From assembly GCA_051362555.1 (NCBI GenBank), contig CM120649.1, forward strand, positions 2,852,001 to 2,916,000: 64,000 bases of DNA. Direction: 5' to 3'. Shown piece after piece: positions 41,641 through 62,534 of this stretch. The translations under genes were made by a program, and so were the position numbers. Under the pieces are notes generated by a model. That model worked only from the letters and a program-made list of their open reading frames with translations, did not search any database and was not told the DNA's origin. Within the stretch, counting starts at the first letter, position 1. Each line of letters opens with the position of its first letter. Origin of the DNA: Lingula anatina (lineage: Eukaryota > Animalia > Brachiopoda).

Positions 41641-42579
41641 AAAATTTTGCATCAGAATTGACAGTAGCCTATTTTGTGCATAGTTATTTCCTGTTTTTTG
41701 TCTGTACATTTGACAGCTTTGCTGCCTTGTTTTTTGTAGCGAAAAAAGGGTCGACAAGAGCGTCGTGGTATTTGGTGGACTGAAGGTCAGACAGGCCACC
41801 CGATAGTTGGCTGCTACGTGTGAGTCGAAGTAGACAAAATGGCATCGACCGAAATTACCTTTTTTAGATTTGGTAGTAGGAAGCATAGGCCTATCTTTGC
41901 TTCATTTTTTAACAATTTTGTGAAGTGTTCACAATGCTTAAATTTTCTGAGAGTACAAATAAAGACACGCTGTTTATTTGATATTTGTTTTATTGATTGC
42001 TATACCAAGAGAATGCATGAAATAACCTTAAATAGATTTGGTAATATGCAGCACATATATATTCATGACTTTTTACCTTTCTACGAAGTAGGCCCTATTC
42101 ACAATGCTTTAATATTTTGAGAGCATGGATAAAGACATGTTGTTAGTTTGATACGTGTTTCTGTGGTAAATTAGTGTTTCCAGCTGTGTACTGAAAACAT
42201 AACTTTTCTTAAGCAGTTTTTTTTTTTTTTTGACTGTTTTTTTTTTTTTTTTCGCCCGCTCGCGCCGATTTTGGGGTCCCCAGAGGATGTCATCCATAAA
42301 AATAAAAAAGTGTGGCCTAAAAAAAAAAAAAAAAAAACTGATATGGACAATACTTGTTTTAGTTTATGGAAAAGAGTGTGGGTAACACAACCTGCGAATA
42401 TCTCTAGAAAAATAGGAAATTAAAAAATATTTCAAAAGATAAATGAAAAATAAAAAACGACGACATGATAATTATTAACGTACATACATAATAATTGCTG
42501 ATATAACTAAATCCACTAAATCAACCACTGCTCAATGCAAAGCTTGCTTCGGAAAATACAATAGAGCTTTTCTTGTGCG

Positions 42580-42689
42580 ACACCTACAGTCGAAAACAGA
42601 TAGATTAGAAAAGCACAAAAAGAAAGGAAAACTGATCGAAAACTTCTTTTTCGGCGCATTAGCACGCTGTTTAATTTACATCAGCGAAG
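42580..42689 (+). promoter_or_regulatory. Candidate non-coding first exon / promoter of RCBTB
   Basis: Locally CpG-enriched unique sequence ending in a good donor (gcgaag|gtatgt, GT at 42690), about 1.4 kb upstream of the 44133 acceptor. The 5' boundary is approximate. Confidence 0.4.
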
Positions 42690-43439
42690 GTATGTGTAAA
42701 TGACTAAAGGTAGATAGTAATATTTACTCGAGTAAGTGCATGGCATTACCGCTAATAAGTTTTTATTGTACGTATACCAACTCAGCTCTTGTCAGATTAT
42801 TTTTGCGATATGACTCATGAGAGACAGTGAATAGGTACATTTTGTACACAGTGAATAGGTACATTCTGCATATATAGTAGGTGCCCGCGTTAAGGTCATG
42901 ATAAGAAAAGTTCGCATCTGATGAAGGAATAGAGCTCTTCAGAGAAGTTCTCTTCTGATGCATATTGATTGCGGGTCATGATCGTGTGTGTGCAAAGAAT
43001 GACAGTTTTGTCTGAGTGATAGGACTCTGAAAGACAGTTCGAATGAAATATTACCAGTACAATGCATCTTCTTGCCTTAAGTTAATATGATGGGTTGCGC
43101 GTGTGTCCTCTCCGTTCAGACATGCCAGCCACAGCTACAGAGTCAGAATTACATGACCAGGCGTCCAGCAAAAGTATTAACCATTATTTCACCATTTTAA
43201 AGAGGGTATAGGGAATACCTTTTGCGTTCCACGTGATTGGCCTTATTTTTCTAGTGTTATGCCTTATTTGAGCCCTATATTCTGCGTGAAACGTATTTCG
43301 GGAATTCTTGGTGATTTGTGATTGAGCTGTTTTAATCTTGGTGATTGGTGATTAAGGGGGGGGGGGGGGGGGGTATTCCCTACGCTCTTTAAACACCCTC
43401 CACTATTTGGCAGAATAGTACGTGGCTGCCCAGGGTAGA

Positions 43440-43540
43440 CCCAGGCTTTATACCTCAGTGGTAGAGCCCTCTCAAGAGCAAGCATCCCTGGTTTGATCTA
43501 TGGTAGAGTATGGTATCTTCTCCCAAAATGCTACAATAAA
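43440..43540 (+). mobile_element. Possible degenerate tRNA-derived SINE
   Basis: A-box-like tacctcagtggtag and B-box-like ggtttgatc at tRNA-like spacing, then an A-rich tail. I see no cloverleaf. Confidence 0.35.
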
Positions 43541-43971
43541 ACAATGTAAGCAGAAATAAACATTTATTTTTACAGCCTTTACATAATTTAACCAGATTTA
43601 ATTTGATTGGTCCAAACAGGTGGAATGTAAGTTAAGGTATGGTAGGGAGTTTGTCTTTAGAAAACAACTCCTTGGTCTTGGTCATCCAAGATCACCTAAA
43701 GCATTTGCAATTAAAAAGAAATTAAAAAAAATTAAAGTTTGTTGAAAATTGTTCATATTTAATCAGATTAACACGCCTCTATACTTGTTTCCAACGTAGT
43801 AGTATTTGTTAAATCACCAGCTTTTCTGTATTTAACTCAATGCCAGGCAAAGGCATTTTAATCTGTTAATATGATTGCTTTCAGCGAAAGGCCACGCAGG
43901 GATAGTTGGAACCACCAAGTACGATAACTTCATTGTTAGTTTTCCTGGTGCAATTAAGATAACTAGTTTTC

Positions 43972-44107
43972 TACCCTATACCAGGGCGGCAGATATTACA
44001 GGCACATTTTTCGACCAGCCACACTTAGAAGATTGACCATATTTAGCAAGAAACATTATCTGTGGATATCTAGTAAAAAAGTCAATCTGTGGCCCTGGTA
44101 GAGGGTA
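43972..44107. mobile_element. Same Mutator-like MITE, just upstream of the RCBTB 44133 acceptor
   Basis: Perfect 9-bp TSD ctagttttc (43963-43971, 44108-44116). An isolated end of this family also occurs at about 63455-63477. Confidence 0.85.
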
Positions 44108-44132
44108 CTAGTTTTCCCTGTCTATTATTCAG

Positions 44133-44328
44133 GTTCCTTCCATGTCAACCATTCAAACAGCCGTCCCCAGGCTGTGTGTACTCCTAACTGGTCTAATCCA
44201 TCCAAGACCTGGGTGCATGTACCTCCCTCTGCCAGCTGCTGTGCCACCAGGGCTGTTCCATTAACCTCCCTCTGGACTTGCAATTTACATGTAACACACT
44301 GGCTGTTCCACTTCTCGCTCCTGTCAAC
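44133..44328 (+). other. 5' UTR part of the first coding exon of RCBTB, containing a 40-codon uORF (44142-44264) and an ATG-TAA start-stop (44289-44294)
   Basis: Acceptor ttccctgtctattattcag|g at 44132/44133. An in-frame TAA at 44194 lies upstream of the main ATG. The uORF reads MSTIQTAVPRLCVLLTGLIHPRPGCMYLPLPAAVPPGLFH*. Confidence 0.6.
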
Positions 44329-53186
<8,858 letters not shown>

Positions 53187-53329
53187 AAGTGCAAGCCTCT
53201 GCTAGGGAATGAAGCAAAAATAATTCTTCTGGAAAATATCAAGATTTAGTTGACATTGTATTCAGCGCTTTCCACCTGGATAACTGCATGTCGGTCTTGA
53301 GATTTTGAACAAAGTTTGTGAAGAACTTT

Positions 53330-53412
53330 TTTCAGATACTTGTCAACGAACAAACAGACAAACCAATATTTACATGTATAACTACATAACCTCCTTCACT
53401 GACGGAGGTACT
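53330..53412 (-). mobile_element. 5' fragment of a different HINE/DINE-like element in the RCBTB 3' region
   Basis: On the minus strand, a tacctccgtcagtgaaggaggttatg stem-loop is followed by a gtttgtctgtttgtt microsatellite. Confidence 0.45.
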
Positions 53413-54166
53413 TAACTTACAAGCATATTCAGAACTAAGTCAAAGTTACTTGTATGATCCATCGACAGAGATGCAATATGAAAATGGAGGGGAGGGAGGA
53501 TGAATTATCCCCTCCCATTTTCTTTCACCTTGTCCTTCCCCCTTTTCTGCTTTGCTACCAGTAGTACTTGGTTCTAAAGATGGTTTAATTTTTTTAAAGG
53601 GGGAAAGGGAGAGGAGGCTTATGGAGGAGTGATTACACAAAACATTCTAATTTGAGTTTTTTTTTTTTTTTTTTTTTTTTTTGGGGGGGGGGGGTCTCAA
53701 CTTAAAAAAAAGGACAAGGGATGCATCCCCTGTGCACTGTGATCTTGTTTTTTGCACAGCATGTAGCCTCCCGTTGCAAGTCATAAATGCATGCTAAGGA
53801 TTAACTTTTTTAGTCTCTGTTCACAACTAAGTTGAGCCGTAACGTAACTGAGCCCCGGTTCAAATATGGTGCACACTTGAAGGCATGCCACTTAATACAA
53901 TATCCCTTGTTTTGCATGCATGGTGTCCCTGCAGGGATCACACAGCATGCTTTCAAGTGGGTCCTGCCATATTTTAGCCACATCTCAGTTTGGCCCAGCT
54001 CAGCTTGATTGTGAACAAACCCACATTTGCAACATTAACCATGTTGTTACTAGTGCAGCGTCATATTGTTTCAGAGTACTACTGTTTGTTTGTGACATGC
54101 TATCATCCTAGCAGGATGCAACATTTAAGGTGAATGTGTTAAAAAAGACTTGAGATGTCAATGCCA

Positions 54167-54380
54167 TGTGTTGCACTTTTAGCCTTTGTGGCCTTTTTTG
54201 AAAAAAAGAATTGTGAAATACTGTGTTTGTGAGAATGATGATGTAAAAGATGCATCAAATTAGGTTCAGTTGTGTTGCACTTTTAGCCTTTGTGGCCTTT
54301 TTTGAAAAAAAGAATTGTGAAATACTGTGTTTGTGAGAATGATGATGTAAAAGATGCATCAAATTAGGTTCAGTTGTGTT
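54167..54380. repeat. Near-perfect ~104-bp tandem duplication downstream of the RCBTB stop
   Basis: tgtgttgcacttttagcctttgtggcc...aattaggttcagt occurs twice. Confidence 0.9.
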
Positions 54381-54525
54381 GATCTCAACACGGCAAGCTT
54401 GGTATCAATTTTTTGTGTAAAGTAAATATCAAACCCAGTCATTATTTAAAACATTAAAACATTAAATCATTAGTGTGATATAAGTGAAAATTAGGTGAAA
54501 CTGTAAGGGCACAATTGTCTTGCTT

Positions 54526-54767
54526 GGCCTTTTTCACAATGATCGGTGTGGTTTTCCGTACCGCCCAGTTTGACTGGTCTTAAGATGCAATAAAACTAGG
54601 GGGTTATTCCCTTACCGATGTACTAACCAAAATTAATCCTATTAACTAGCTTTGCTTAGTGCAGGGGCTCCATTTTTTTGTTTAGGGGCCCCTCGTGTAA
54701 GAGCCAGTAGCCGGTCACTGAAATGGGGGTGGTACGGGTAGAAACTGTTTTAAATGTGAAAAGGGCC
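54526..54767. mobile_element. Harbinger-like MITE
   Basis: TIR ggcctttttcaca / tgtgaaaagggcc. Confidence 0.55.
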
Positions 54768-54969
54768 TTATAAGATCTCGAGGACCAGTGGAATATAAAG
54801 AGGATTTTGTTGTTAACATTGTGTTGACTTTTGTCTTAATGTATCAAATATAAATATTAATTATGCAGTAAAAGTGACAGTATTAATAATTATTATATTT
54901 TTAGTCTTGTAAGACTTACTGGAATATGTTTCAACATATCTGTGCATATTTGATTAAATTCTGTCTTGG

Positions 54970-55023
<54 letters not shown>

Positions 55024-56814
55024 ATGTGTACCCATGTTCATGGTGTAAATTGAAAAATAGAACTTAAAAATGGAACAAAAATAAAGCATTTCACTTTTTG
55101 TGGATTTTCCCATCTGTTAGTGAATTGGAGTGTTTAGTGTCTTGGGTGTTTGAAGAATAGCAAACACAATATCCAACTAGACTGTTGCATCATTTGACAT
55201 TAAGGCAAAGCTGAACTGAAACTGAGGTTTGCTACACAGCTGTATAAATATTCCCTTCCCCTTAAGTCCAAAGTCCATGTTTGCCACACGCCAGTGTATT
55301 AACTTTAGACTAAAAAGTGCAGCCATCTTGTTTTTAGCTACCATATTGCTTTTCCACTCGGGCTATTGTGTTAATTTGTCTCTTGCTACTAGATAATTAC
55401 ATGTGGTTTGTACAATGTAGGTATGCCTCATCTTGCCTAATCTTTTGTAAGGTGCTATCCAGACTGCTTTTGTAATATTTATTATATTAGAATGGATAAT
55501 GGTATCGATACTTTTTCATAGACGTGACTTGCCTTCATTCAACGTGTTGCAAGTTCACACTAAGCTCAGCCAAATATCCAAGTTTTTTTTTTTTATTTTT
55601 TACTTAAATCACTTTTATTGTTTCTGTGACATTAGCTATCAGTTTTTCTAGGTGTTTATATAGCAGTTTTTGTTATTTGTCAATATGAACATAAAAACCG
55701 ATACATGCACATGTGTACTAGAAAATTAGAACTTAAATTTTGATGCCTTAATAACAGCTTACAGTTGGTTATCTAGTCTATAGTGCAGGATATTACATGA
55801 AGCTTAGCCTTTAAATGTTAAGAAAAGATTCTTCAGAAAAAGGTATTGTGATATTGATTATGGTAAGTAAGACAAGGAAAGAAGAATTCATCAATGAAAA
55901 GGCTGACATATTGATCTCTGTTTTAAACCAGTCAGTAGGGGAAGCCTAAGAGGTGATCCTAAAAAAACACCTTGTGTTGAACATGATATTATATACTAAG
56001 TATTGGGGACCTTTGCTGACCTTATAAAGGTCAAAGTTCTGGTCAAGGTCACATTTAAGGTAATTGTGGTTATGATATTGAACAAAGTGTGATAAGGTTT
56101 ATACAAAGAAGGAAGTGAACATTTGTGTAATAAGTTGATTATGTGAAATAAATGTAGGAATACCGAATTAATGGCATTCTATTGACTTTTGTGAAACATA
56201 CATATATGCCAAAAAATCTTTTCCAATATCATAATTTCTATTCACTTTAAAATAGCATAATATTGGACAATTTCAGAGAGATTATTGGATTTTGATCGCG
56301 CTGACAAGTTCTTTTTGACTTCTTGATAGTTATGAAGTTTTATGCACAAAACTGCTCTTTAGTAATTTAACAATTAATGTTATGAGCAACTAAACGATTT
56401 TACAGTATAGTTTGAAGGATTTTCGTTTTTTTTTTTTTTTTTTTTTTTTTTCAAATCACATTTGCATGTTATGAGTACATCTCATTTAGTGGTCCACCAA
56501 TCGGATTATATGCATGTTACTCTAGAAAAAAGAGCCTGAAACACATTCTTGTTATCTCTTCAATGTATTAAAAAATTGTGTCACTCGATCAGTCGACATT
56601 TATTTTTAGTCAATGTACTTGGCTAGAAAGAGATAAATATGCAAATATTTTTTGGCTTAGCCGAACGTGCGTAAGTACACACATTGACAGGTGTAATGAC
56701 TCAGTGAAAGAAAATTATCAGAAAGAGCAGGGGGTGCTGCCCTCCACTTATACAGACGCTGATAAAAAGTCTGGTTCCTTCACTGAGAAGTTCACATCAT
56801 TTGAGCTTGTTAAA

Positions 56815-59800
56815 ATGGAGGGTTCCTTGATGGGGTACAACTTTTTAGGTAGTTCGGGACTAAAGGTGTCCAACATTTGCCTGGGTACCTTGACATTTGG
56901 AGAGCATAAGGTATTTTTTATTTTAAGGTTATGGTTTAGAGTGTTTCTGTGGTTTAATACATGTAAGAATGAAAATTACTAAATTGCTTTGTTTATGTAG
57001 AAATGATCAAATAGAAGTGAAAATGTAAAAATTGTCCACTGTAATTTGCTGAAAAGAATAACGGAAAAGTTTTTTTACGATTTTGAGAGCAATTGATAAA
57101 CTAAACCACATGTAAACAGATCATCCTTAAAAATTACTGGTATAATATTTACGATCTAGTAAGAGTAAGCTTGACCTAAATTTTTAACCTAACGATTTTA
57201 CTGTTACTTCTTATCCTTAAGTGTATTACATTTTCAGCAGCTGTATATATTTTGTCACTTTATTAAGCAGTGGTGGATTTAGAGGGGGGGGGGGGAGGGG
57301 GGCGGTCAGGGGGTCCTGCCTCCCCCCCCTCTTCGGTTTCTGAAAAATATATCACACCAATATTTCCCTCTTGAAATTAGAATTTTGACTAGCTGAATCA
57401 TAGTTCTAAACCGTGTCAAAGGGCACCGTTTGCCCTCCAAAACACCTAACCTTTTCGAGTCCCCCAAACCCCACGCCATGGGTCCGAGGCCTGTCGTTCC
57501 GGAACTCCCCCTCCCTTCAAATAATCCTGGATCCGCTCCTACTTAGTGCTCAGGGGCGTCTCGATAGTCCAAAGGTTCATTGGTCCGAAGGTTCATTGGT
57601 CCGAAAAGCGGTAACACTTTCATCGATTTTTTAGTCAAGGGTTCATTGGTCCGAAGGTTCTATAGTGAACATTCGGACCAATGGCAGAAATAGGGTTTAA
57701 TTGCAGTGTCCCTATTACAGATAACGCCTTTATCACAAGTTATCGCCTTTATTTAACATTTCATAGACACAAATTTACAGATAACGGCCGTCATTTTTAT
57801 TTACACATTTTACAGACACAATTTTACAGACAACGGCCATTACTTGTATTTACATATTAAACATGCATAACCTTTTTACCATAATCATGTAATATATATA
57901 TATATATAGGCCTACCCTTATTTAAAATTTGAATTACAAAATACACGTGTATGAAGTCCAGTGTGTCTTTGGTCATGTAGCATGGTTTAACTGTGTATAA
58001 TCAACAGGAAGGTCGGCCCGGTAACCTGAATGAGACAGCCGCCCACGCCATGATGGACAGGTTTGCCGAGTTAGGAGGAAACTTCCTGGACACGGCCGAC
58101 ATGTACCAGAGAGGAGAGTCCGAGGAGATAGTGGGAACTTGGCTTCAGAAGTACTTTACTTAAATTTCATTAACAATCTCCAGCTGGTAGAAAGTTTATA
58201 GTTTCTTAGAGACTAGACGTGATTTTACCTTTTAAGACATGGGTTGTCGGCCCTCAGGCTTTAATACAAGACCAACTCAAAAAATTGTTCTCTGCAAACT
58301 ATTTCTTTTCTACACAGCATTGGTACTTGCTGGTGGTACATTCTCAGGAGGTGACCTTCACCTCTCTGGTCTTCTTTATTTGTGAAAATCGTGATTACAA
58401 GAAAAAAATAAGAGCGGCTAAGAGTAATTCTGAATACTTGGGATAAAACAAAAAACATATTCAATAATGCTGTCAACTCTTAATACTGAAGTTGGTAAGA
58501 AATCTTGTCAATAAGGACATATTCTGTTCATGATTGAATTCATTTTGCTTCAGACAAGATCGGGAGAAATTCGTGGTGGCCACGAAAGTGTTTCTGCAGA
58601 TGGATCCTAATAACCACAATAGTGTAGGATTGGGCAGAAAACACATCATGCACGGCGTGGAACAGAGTCTGAAGAGGCTGCAGACTGATTACATTGACCT
58701 CTACTATGTAAAGAATTACTTTTTGTTTGTTTAAGCAATGTATATACATTGTACATAGTGTGCATAGCTCATTGATCTTAAAAATTAAAGTTTTTTTTGT
58801 TTTCCAGCCAAATAGTAAATTTCTTGAAACAAAATAAATTTATCCAACCCACGTTGCTCATTTTTCTGAAAAATGAAACGATATATTTTGGTATTTCTTA
58901 AAGTAAAGCTATTTTAAAACTATATGGTGACATTTGGTTGGGTTTAGTGGTTAAGATTTGACATGTCAATTCACTTTGAATGCATTTAAACGGGAGACTT
59001 ATTTTTCAGGCTCCCGTTTTTTATCCTAATACTAACAGCAACAATTCGACACGTTTCATGGTCAGTTATATTAGGCTCCATTCAGAATAGGGGACTAACT
59101 AGTCCGAGGGCTAAATATGGCCAACCCTTCCCCATGGGATATCTATTCAGTGTCTACCAGCGAATTAGACGGCAAGCTTTGTAGTGGGTGGCCATGTTTC
59201 ACCCCTCGGACTAGTTAGTCGCCTATGCCGAATGAGCCCTTTTCTTTTATTTACAGACCCACATATGGGATAACGCTACTCCCGTAGAACAGACTCTCCG
59301 CACTCTCAACGATCTTGTACGTGCCGGTAAAGTTCGCCATATTGGCGTTAGCAACGTGACGGGGTGGCAGCTACAGAAGATTGTGGAACATGTCAAGTTG
59401 ATGGGGTTGGAAAGCGTCGTTTGTCTACAGGTATGTGTTGAATTTTAGATTAACCTTATTATTAGTATCTATTCGTTGGTGGACCCTTATGGTGTTTACG
59501 GGGTTGGAAAAAGTCATTAACCATTAGGGTTGTGTTGAAGTTAAGATTAACCGTGTAATCATACTCTGTAGGTTAATAACTAGTTGTATCACGTATAGTT
59601 CATGAAATGTTTGGTTAACCGATAGTCTTCATAATGTGGTCGTGGCCCCAGATAATACACATTTTGCAGACACTGGCAATGTCTTCGTCCCATAACGGAT
59701 CTAGGGGGCCACAGCAAGCACGCTCCCCTCACGTGCCCACGGACCCCCTACTTAGCAATGGAGTTAAACCAATCTCCCTCTTCTCCCAAAAATACATAGG

Positions 59801-60518
59801 GGACGAAACAACACGAAACCAAACATGTGCCCCAACCTTGTTCAATTACATGGCAAAAGTGCCATTGACTGGTTTACCAACGAGAAACATAGAACAGGAG
59901 GCCCTGGAGTTAAAACGAAGCTTCCTTGCCGCATCACGCTGTACGTGAAACTTATTCCCAGCAAAACACAGAACGCTGTATAACGTTTTTTGGTTATGAT
60001 ATCGTTATAATAACGTTCTTTGTTTGGTTGGTTTCCGTTAATGTAGAAGGACACCTAAAGAGTACCGCATTCATTAATTTTCGCGCCTGTGCTAACGTAG
60101 CAGTAAAATCCACTAAAAGGATACCAAAACGCACATTTCTAAAACAAACTTTTCCCGCCGCCATCCACTACTGGTTCAGGTGCGCGGAGTCGTATTAAGA
60201 GAACTTTTTTTTTTTTTTTTTTGGGGGGGGGGTGTTATATGAGATGCTTACCCTCTACCACATATTGATTTTTAAATAGATATTCACAGATCTGTCTTAG
60301 CTTAAATTTGTGGTTATTCTTTGCGCCACGTCAGAGTAAAAGTCCAGTAAATAAAATAAACGGCCGTGGCGGAGGGTAGGGGATGCTGGTAATCAACATC
60401 CAATGTCAAGGCCGTCACACCTCCAGGATACCATGTATTGTAACAGAGTGAATAATCAACGAGAAACTGGTACCTAACCCAGGGGTAGTGAAATGTATTC
60501 ATTAGTTTCTAAGAATGA

Positions 60519-60550
<32 letters not shown>

Positions 60551-62534
60551 AAAAAAATATAAAGCTATTAAGGCGGTTTGCACTATACCAGACGTTTGAC
60601 ACAGTTTGTAATTTTTCACATCTTCAGCAACAGTACAGCTTGTTTACCCGGGAAACAGAATATGAACTATTGGATGTGTGTATGAATGAAGGGATCGCGT
60701 TCTTACCATGGAGTCCTTTGAAGGGGTAAGTCAAAAGGAGTCTGCCATTTTCCTCCTATACCTTAGAAGAGGCGACTAGATGAAAGGCAACTTACATGTA
60801 TAGTTTCAACCAGACAGAAAGAAAACTGGCCTTTTTTCTTTTTTTTTCGGCCAGATGCGAGATGCCGCCATGTTTTTTTTTTTTTTACAAAATTTCTCGC
60901 TGGCCAAAGACGGGTACTGAATATAAGTTGTCTGGCCATTTACTTCTGTTTAATTAAATAAATAATATTCATTTTAGTGGTCTTTTAAGTGGAAAATTCA
61001 AGCGGGACATGGCAGGACCAGGCGATCCAAGGGCGAGCAGAATTGGCTGGGCAAGTGAGAAACCCGAGACACGGCAAGCGGAGAGCCACCCCTGTTGGGA
61101 CCATTTTAACAATGACAGGACTTGGAACCTTCTGGAAGCCATGGAAAGAATGGGGAAGGAGCATGGTAAGACATTCTTCTGATCAAACCATAAGTGCTTT
61201 CATAGAATCGAACGGGCATGCAATAATCCAAGGACACAGATAAGGAGTACACTGTTTTACGCCAGACAAGGATGGCAAAATGCAAAGCCACACCACTTAA
61301 AATGATGTCATACACATTTTCTATCTCAAGGTGAAAGGCGTAATTTTTCGAACTTTGCAAACCAACAGAAACAAATACATTAGACAGATTTTGCTGGCAA
61401 GCATCACCGTCGCAAAGAACAACGATAATATCCTTAAGCATATTTACGTCCAATTATATTTCAAGTAAAGCCTTCTTCTCTATTTCAGCGTATTATTGTT
61501 GGTTATTATTATCATAATTACTGTTGTTGTTGTTGAGAACATTCCCAGACCTTATCGTACTAACTTTAGATCGAACTATCTCCAAGGGGATTCTCGCTTA
61601 TTTGCAATTTTAATTTAAACTTAAGTTAAAACTTAAGCGGCTTAGATGTCTGTCACGCGTGCTGAAGCTGATAGGGATGATTATCGTTAAGCAGCTTTAG
61701 TAGGCGTCCCAGACATCTAAGGAATTTAGCGAGAAACCCCGTGGAGATGTATCGATCCTGTCAGATGGATCTAGGGATGGGAACCCTGTCGTTAATTGTT
61801 GTTTCAAATGCACGTCCACGACATTTCAGGTAAAACCGTGGCTCAAGTCGCCCTCCGCTGGCTCCTTCAGAGACCCACAGTGTCTGCTGTGATAATAGGA
61901 GCCACCAAGATATCACAACTGGAGGACAATATCGGGGCCTCCACTGGCTGGGAGCTCACACAGGAACAGGTATGAGATATTATGTTTGGGGTTTCTACTG
62001 GCTGGGAGCTCACACAGGAACAGGTATGAGATATTATGTTTGGGGTTTCTACTGGCTGGGAGCTCACACAGGAACAGGTATGAGATATTATGTTTGGGAC
62101 TTCTACTGGCTGGGAGCTCACACAGGAACAGGTATGAGATATTATGTTTGGGACTTCTACTGGCTGGGAGCTCACACAGGAACAGGTATGAGATATTATG
62201 TTTGGATTTTTAACATAAGGGGCCATCTCTTCACGTCAGCTGGTCCAATTGAATGGAATCTGCTACCAGGTGATAGGTTCTAAATTGAATCAAATGCTAA
62301 CTTTAAGAAAGAGTTAAAAACACATCTTTTGTAGAATCTTTATTCTTGATTATCTTACTTGAATTATATTTATGTGAGAATCAGGCTGTTTTTGTGTACA
62401 ATTACAATCTTTTAAAATATTTTTTCTTTATTTTGTAGATGCAAGAACTGAACAGGATATCCATGCCTGTAATTCCATACCCGTACAAAATGATACGCCT
62501 GTTAAACAAGACTAGGAGAGATATGTCCATTTAA
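56815..62534 (+). CDS. Aldo-keto reductase, YajO/Tas/aryl-alcohol dehydrogenase-like, 8 exons, 362 aa
   Basis: Exons 56815-56910, 58008-58150, 58554-58707, 59257-59430, 60628-60725, 60978-61165, 61830-61969, 62439-62534 (1089 nt), all GT-AG and phase-consistent. Motifs: [30 protein letters not shown] (catalytic D,Y), VVATKV (K), [16 protein letters not shown] (H), [49 protein letters not shown]. Confidence 0.93.
57268..57541. mobile_element. Short TIR element (ag.gg.ggat / atccgctcct type) in AKR intron 1
   Basis: cagtggtggatttagagggg ... cctggatccgctcct. Followed by a fragment with repeated ccgaaggttcattggt units (57552-57680). Confidence 0.5.
59074..59238. mobile_element. MITE family B in AKR intron 3
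   Basis: ggctccattcagaataggggactaactagtccgaggg / ccctcggactagttagtcgcctatgccgaatgagcc. Confidence 0.75.
61535..61790 (-). mobile_element. Family A-related MITE in AKR intron 6
   Basis: Reverse-complement similarity to 13437-13670 (atctccaagggg..tctcgct; ends gatctagggatgggaaccctgtc). Confidence 0.65.
61934..62206 (+). repeat. 54-bp tandem array (5 copies) spanning the AKR exon-7 donor
   Basis: Unit ctactggctgggagctcacacaggaacag|gtatgagatattatgtttggggttt; GT donors at 61970, 62024, 62078, 62132, 62186. Confidence 0.95.
62226..62335 (+). mobile_element. 3' end fragment of an L2/CR1-type LINE
   Basis: Translates [13 protein letters not shown]...[12 protein letters not shown], the typical WNxLP...FKxxLKTHLF terminal motif. 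Confidence 0.65.

Larger units (their letters stand above)
38703..42317. mobile_element. 3.6-kb non-autonomous TIR element (Harbinger-like, TAA TSD) carrying nested Helentron-associated elements
   Basis: About 35-bp TIR ggccacactttttta.ttttatggatgacatcct / aggatgtcatccataaaaataaaaaagtgtggcc. TAA at 38700-38702 and 42318-42320. No transposase ORF seen. Confidence 0.85.

Noticed and set aside
43440-43510. tRNA gene
   Set aside because: A/B-box-like motifs but no cloverleaf or acceptor stem; more likely a SINE remnant.
56578-56814. N-terminal extension of the AKR suggested by the ORF track
   Set aside because: It starts at GTG; the first ATG in good context (aaaATGG, 56815) matches the normal AKR N-terminus.
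61934-62206. CRISPR-like or repeat-protein ORFs (61867-62226, 61972-62283)
   Set aside because: The units are contiguous with no unique spacers, there are no cas genes, and the context is a eukaryotic intron. It is a donor-spanning tandem repeat.
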